Positions 63,095-64,000 of a DNA stretch of 64,000 bases are shown here, piece by piece. Every line of letters starts with the position of its first letter. Positions within the stretch are counted from its first letter, which is position 1. Source of the stretch: Dictyostelium discoideum (taxonomy: Eukaryota); assembly GCA_000004695.1 (NCBI GenBank), contig CM000153.2, forward strand, positions 320,001-384,000, read 5' to 3'. Made by a program: the position numbers and the translations under genes. Below the pieces are notes generated by a model. The model was not told the origin of the DNA. It made no database searches and worked only from the letters and a program-made list of their open reading frames with translations.

Positions 63095-63150
<56 letters not shown>

Positions 63151-63157
63151 AATAATG

Positions 63158-63207
<50 letters not shown>

Positions 63208-63395
63208 CAAACAACACAAACAAACAAACAACACAAACAAACAAACAAACAAACAAACAAACAAACAAACAAACAAACAAACAAACAAACAAACAAACAA
63301 ACAAACAAACAAACAAACAAACAAACAAACAAACAAACAAACAAACAAACAAACAAACAAACAAACAAACAAACAAACAACAAACCATTTCATCT
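63095..63395. repeat. Compound microsatellite: (AAT)n of about 30 units, then (CAAA)n of about 40 units.
   Basis: Direct reading, immediately 3' of the phosphatase stop codon. Confidence 0.95.
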
Positions 63396-63812
63396 TTACG
63401 CAACCTTCATCATCTATTCCGAATCACCGAATAATAACAAATAATTAATAATCAAAAAAAAAAAAAGAAAAAAAAAAAAAAAAGAAAAAAAAAAAAAAAA
63501 GAAAAAAAAAAAAAATACTCTATCGACTATAAACTCTTTAAATAGTAATAATAAATAAAAATGGATTTCGTTATCCAATTTGTAATTCTATTGTAAAAAA
63601 AAAAAAAAAGATTCTATTTTTCAAAGTTTCTTTTATTTTTACTCATTGCAACATTTTCCAAGGATATTGTTTGAAAAGAAAAAATAAAATAATAAAAGTG
63701 CAAAATATAATATTAAGTGTTTAAAGATTTGGTTTATTTTATTTATATATTTACAAGTAGACAACAATTTCTATTTTAAAGAATTATTATTATTAATTAT
63801 TATTGATTATTG

Positions 63813-63844
<32 letters not shown>

Positions 63845-63851
63845 TATATAT

Positions 63852-64000
63852 TTAATAACTATTATCAGCATTGAAAGCTCTTGGAATTTTAGATGATGTA
63901 AAATTATGGACATGATTTAATTCATTTAATTTGTCTCTACAGAAATCTGCAACTTTTTGGTTTTCATTAGCATCTTCACCTTTTATTTAAAAAAAAAAAA
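63852..64000 (-). CDS. 3' end of an unidentified minus-strand gene (…KGEDANENQKVADFCRDKLNELNHVHNFTSSKIPRAFNADNSY*). It continues beyond the window.
   Basis: Stop-free frame from the window edge to a TAA at about 63852. Its composition is typical of exons. Confidence 0.3.

Overview
The window looks like nuclear DNA from a dictyostelid social amoeba, in the style of Dictyostelium discoideum. It is extremely AT-rich with long poly(A)/poly(T) tracts. Exons run about 35-60% GC and code for Asn/Gln/Ser runs from (AAT)n. Introns are 70-150 bp, AT-rich, with GTAAGT/GTATGT donors and AG acceptors. It is not prokaryotic; I found no CRISPR arrays, operons, tRNA or rRNA genes.

Bases 1-23,000 are an accessory-type multigene cluster. 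It holds five copies (A-E) of a roughly 970-aa, four-exon gene for a secreted glycoprotein with IPT/TIG-like repeats, a signal peptide and a GPI-type tail. Copies B and E are intact, copy A is apparently intact but runs off the window start, and two are pseudogenes. Three of these copies (C, D and E) are each paired head-to-head with a small Cys-rich, GPI-type 'ponticulin-like' gene. The pairs share intergenic motifs, including a perfect 24-bp inverted repeat.

Bases 23,000-64,000 carry recognisable housekeeping genes:
- pyruvate kinase;
- an EF-hand calcium-binding protein;
- eIF2B-epsilon;
- a SAM-domain protein kinase;
- an ISOC2-like isochorismatase;
- kynurenine 3-monooxygenase;
- an RF1-type release factor;
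- an AtuA-like DUF1446 protein;
- the PP6 phosphatase catalytic subunit.

They are interspersed with a quinone-oxidoreductase pseudogene, a large IPT/TIG transmembrane gene of the Tgr type with a divergent pseudogene partner, a small-ORF and repeat family, and many microsatellites.

The most unusual observations are these:
- a sharply GC-rich, atypical-codon segment embedded in the otherwise AT-rich release-factor gene;
- an in-frame TAA exactly between the SAM-domain and kinase-domain reading frames;
- the birth-and-death architecture of the head-to-head gene pairs with a shared inverted-repeat promoter element.

Exon boundaries that I derived by hand are approximate (plus or minus a few bp). 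ORF-track coordinates are used where available.
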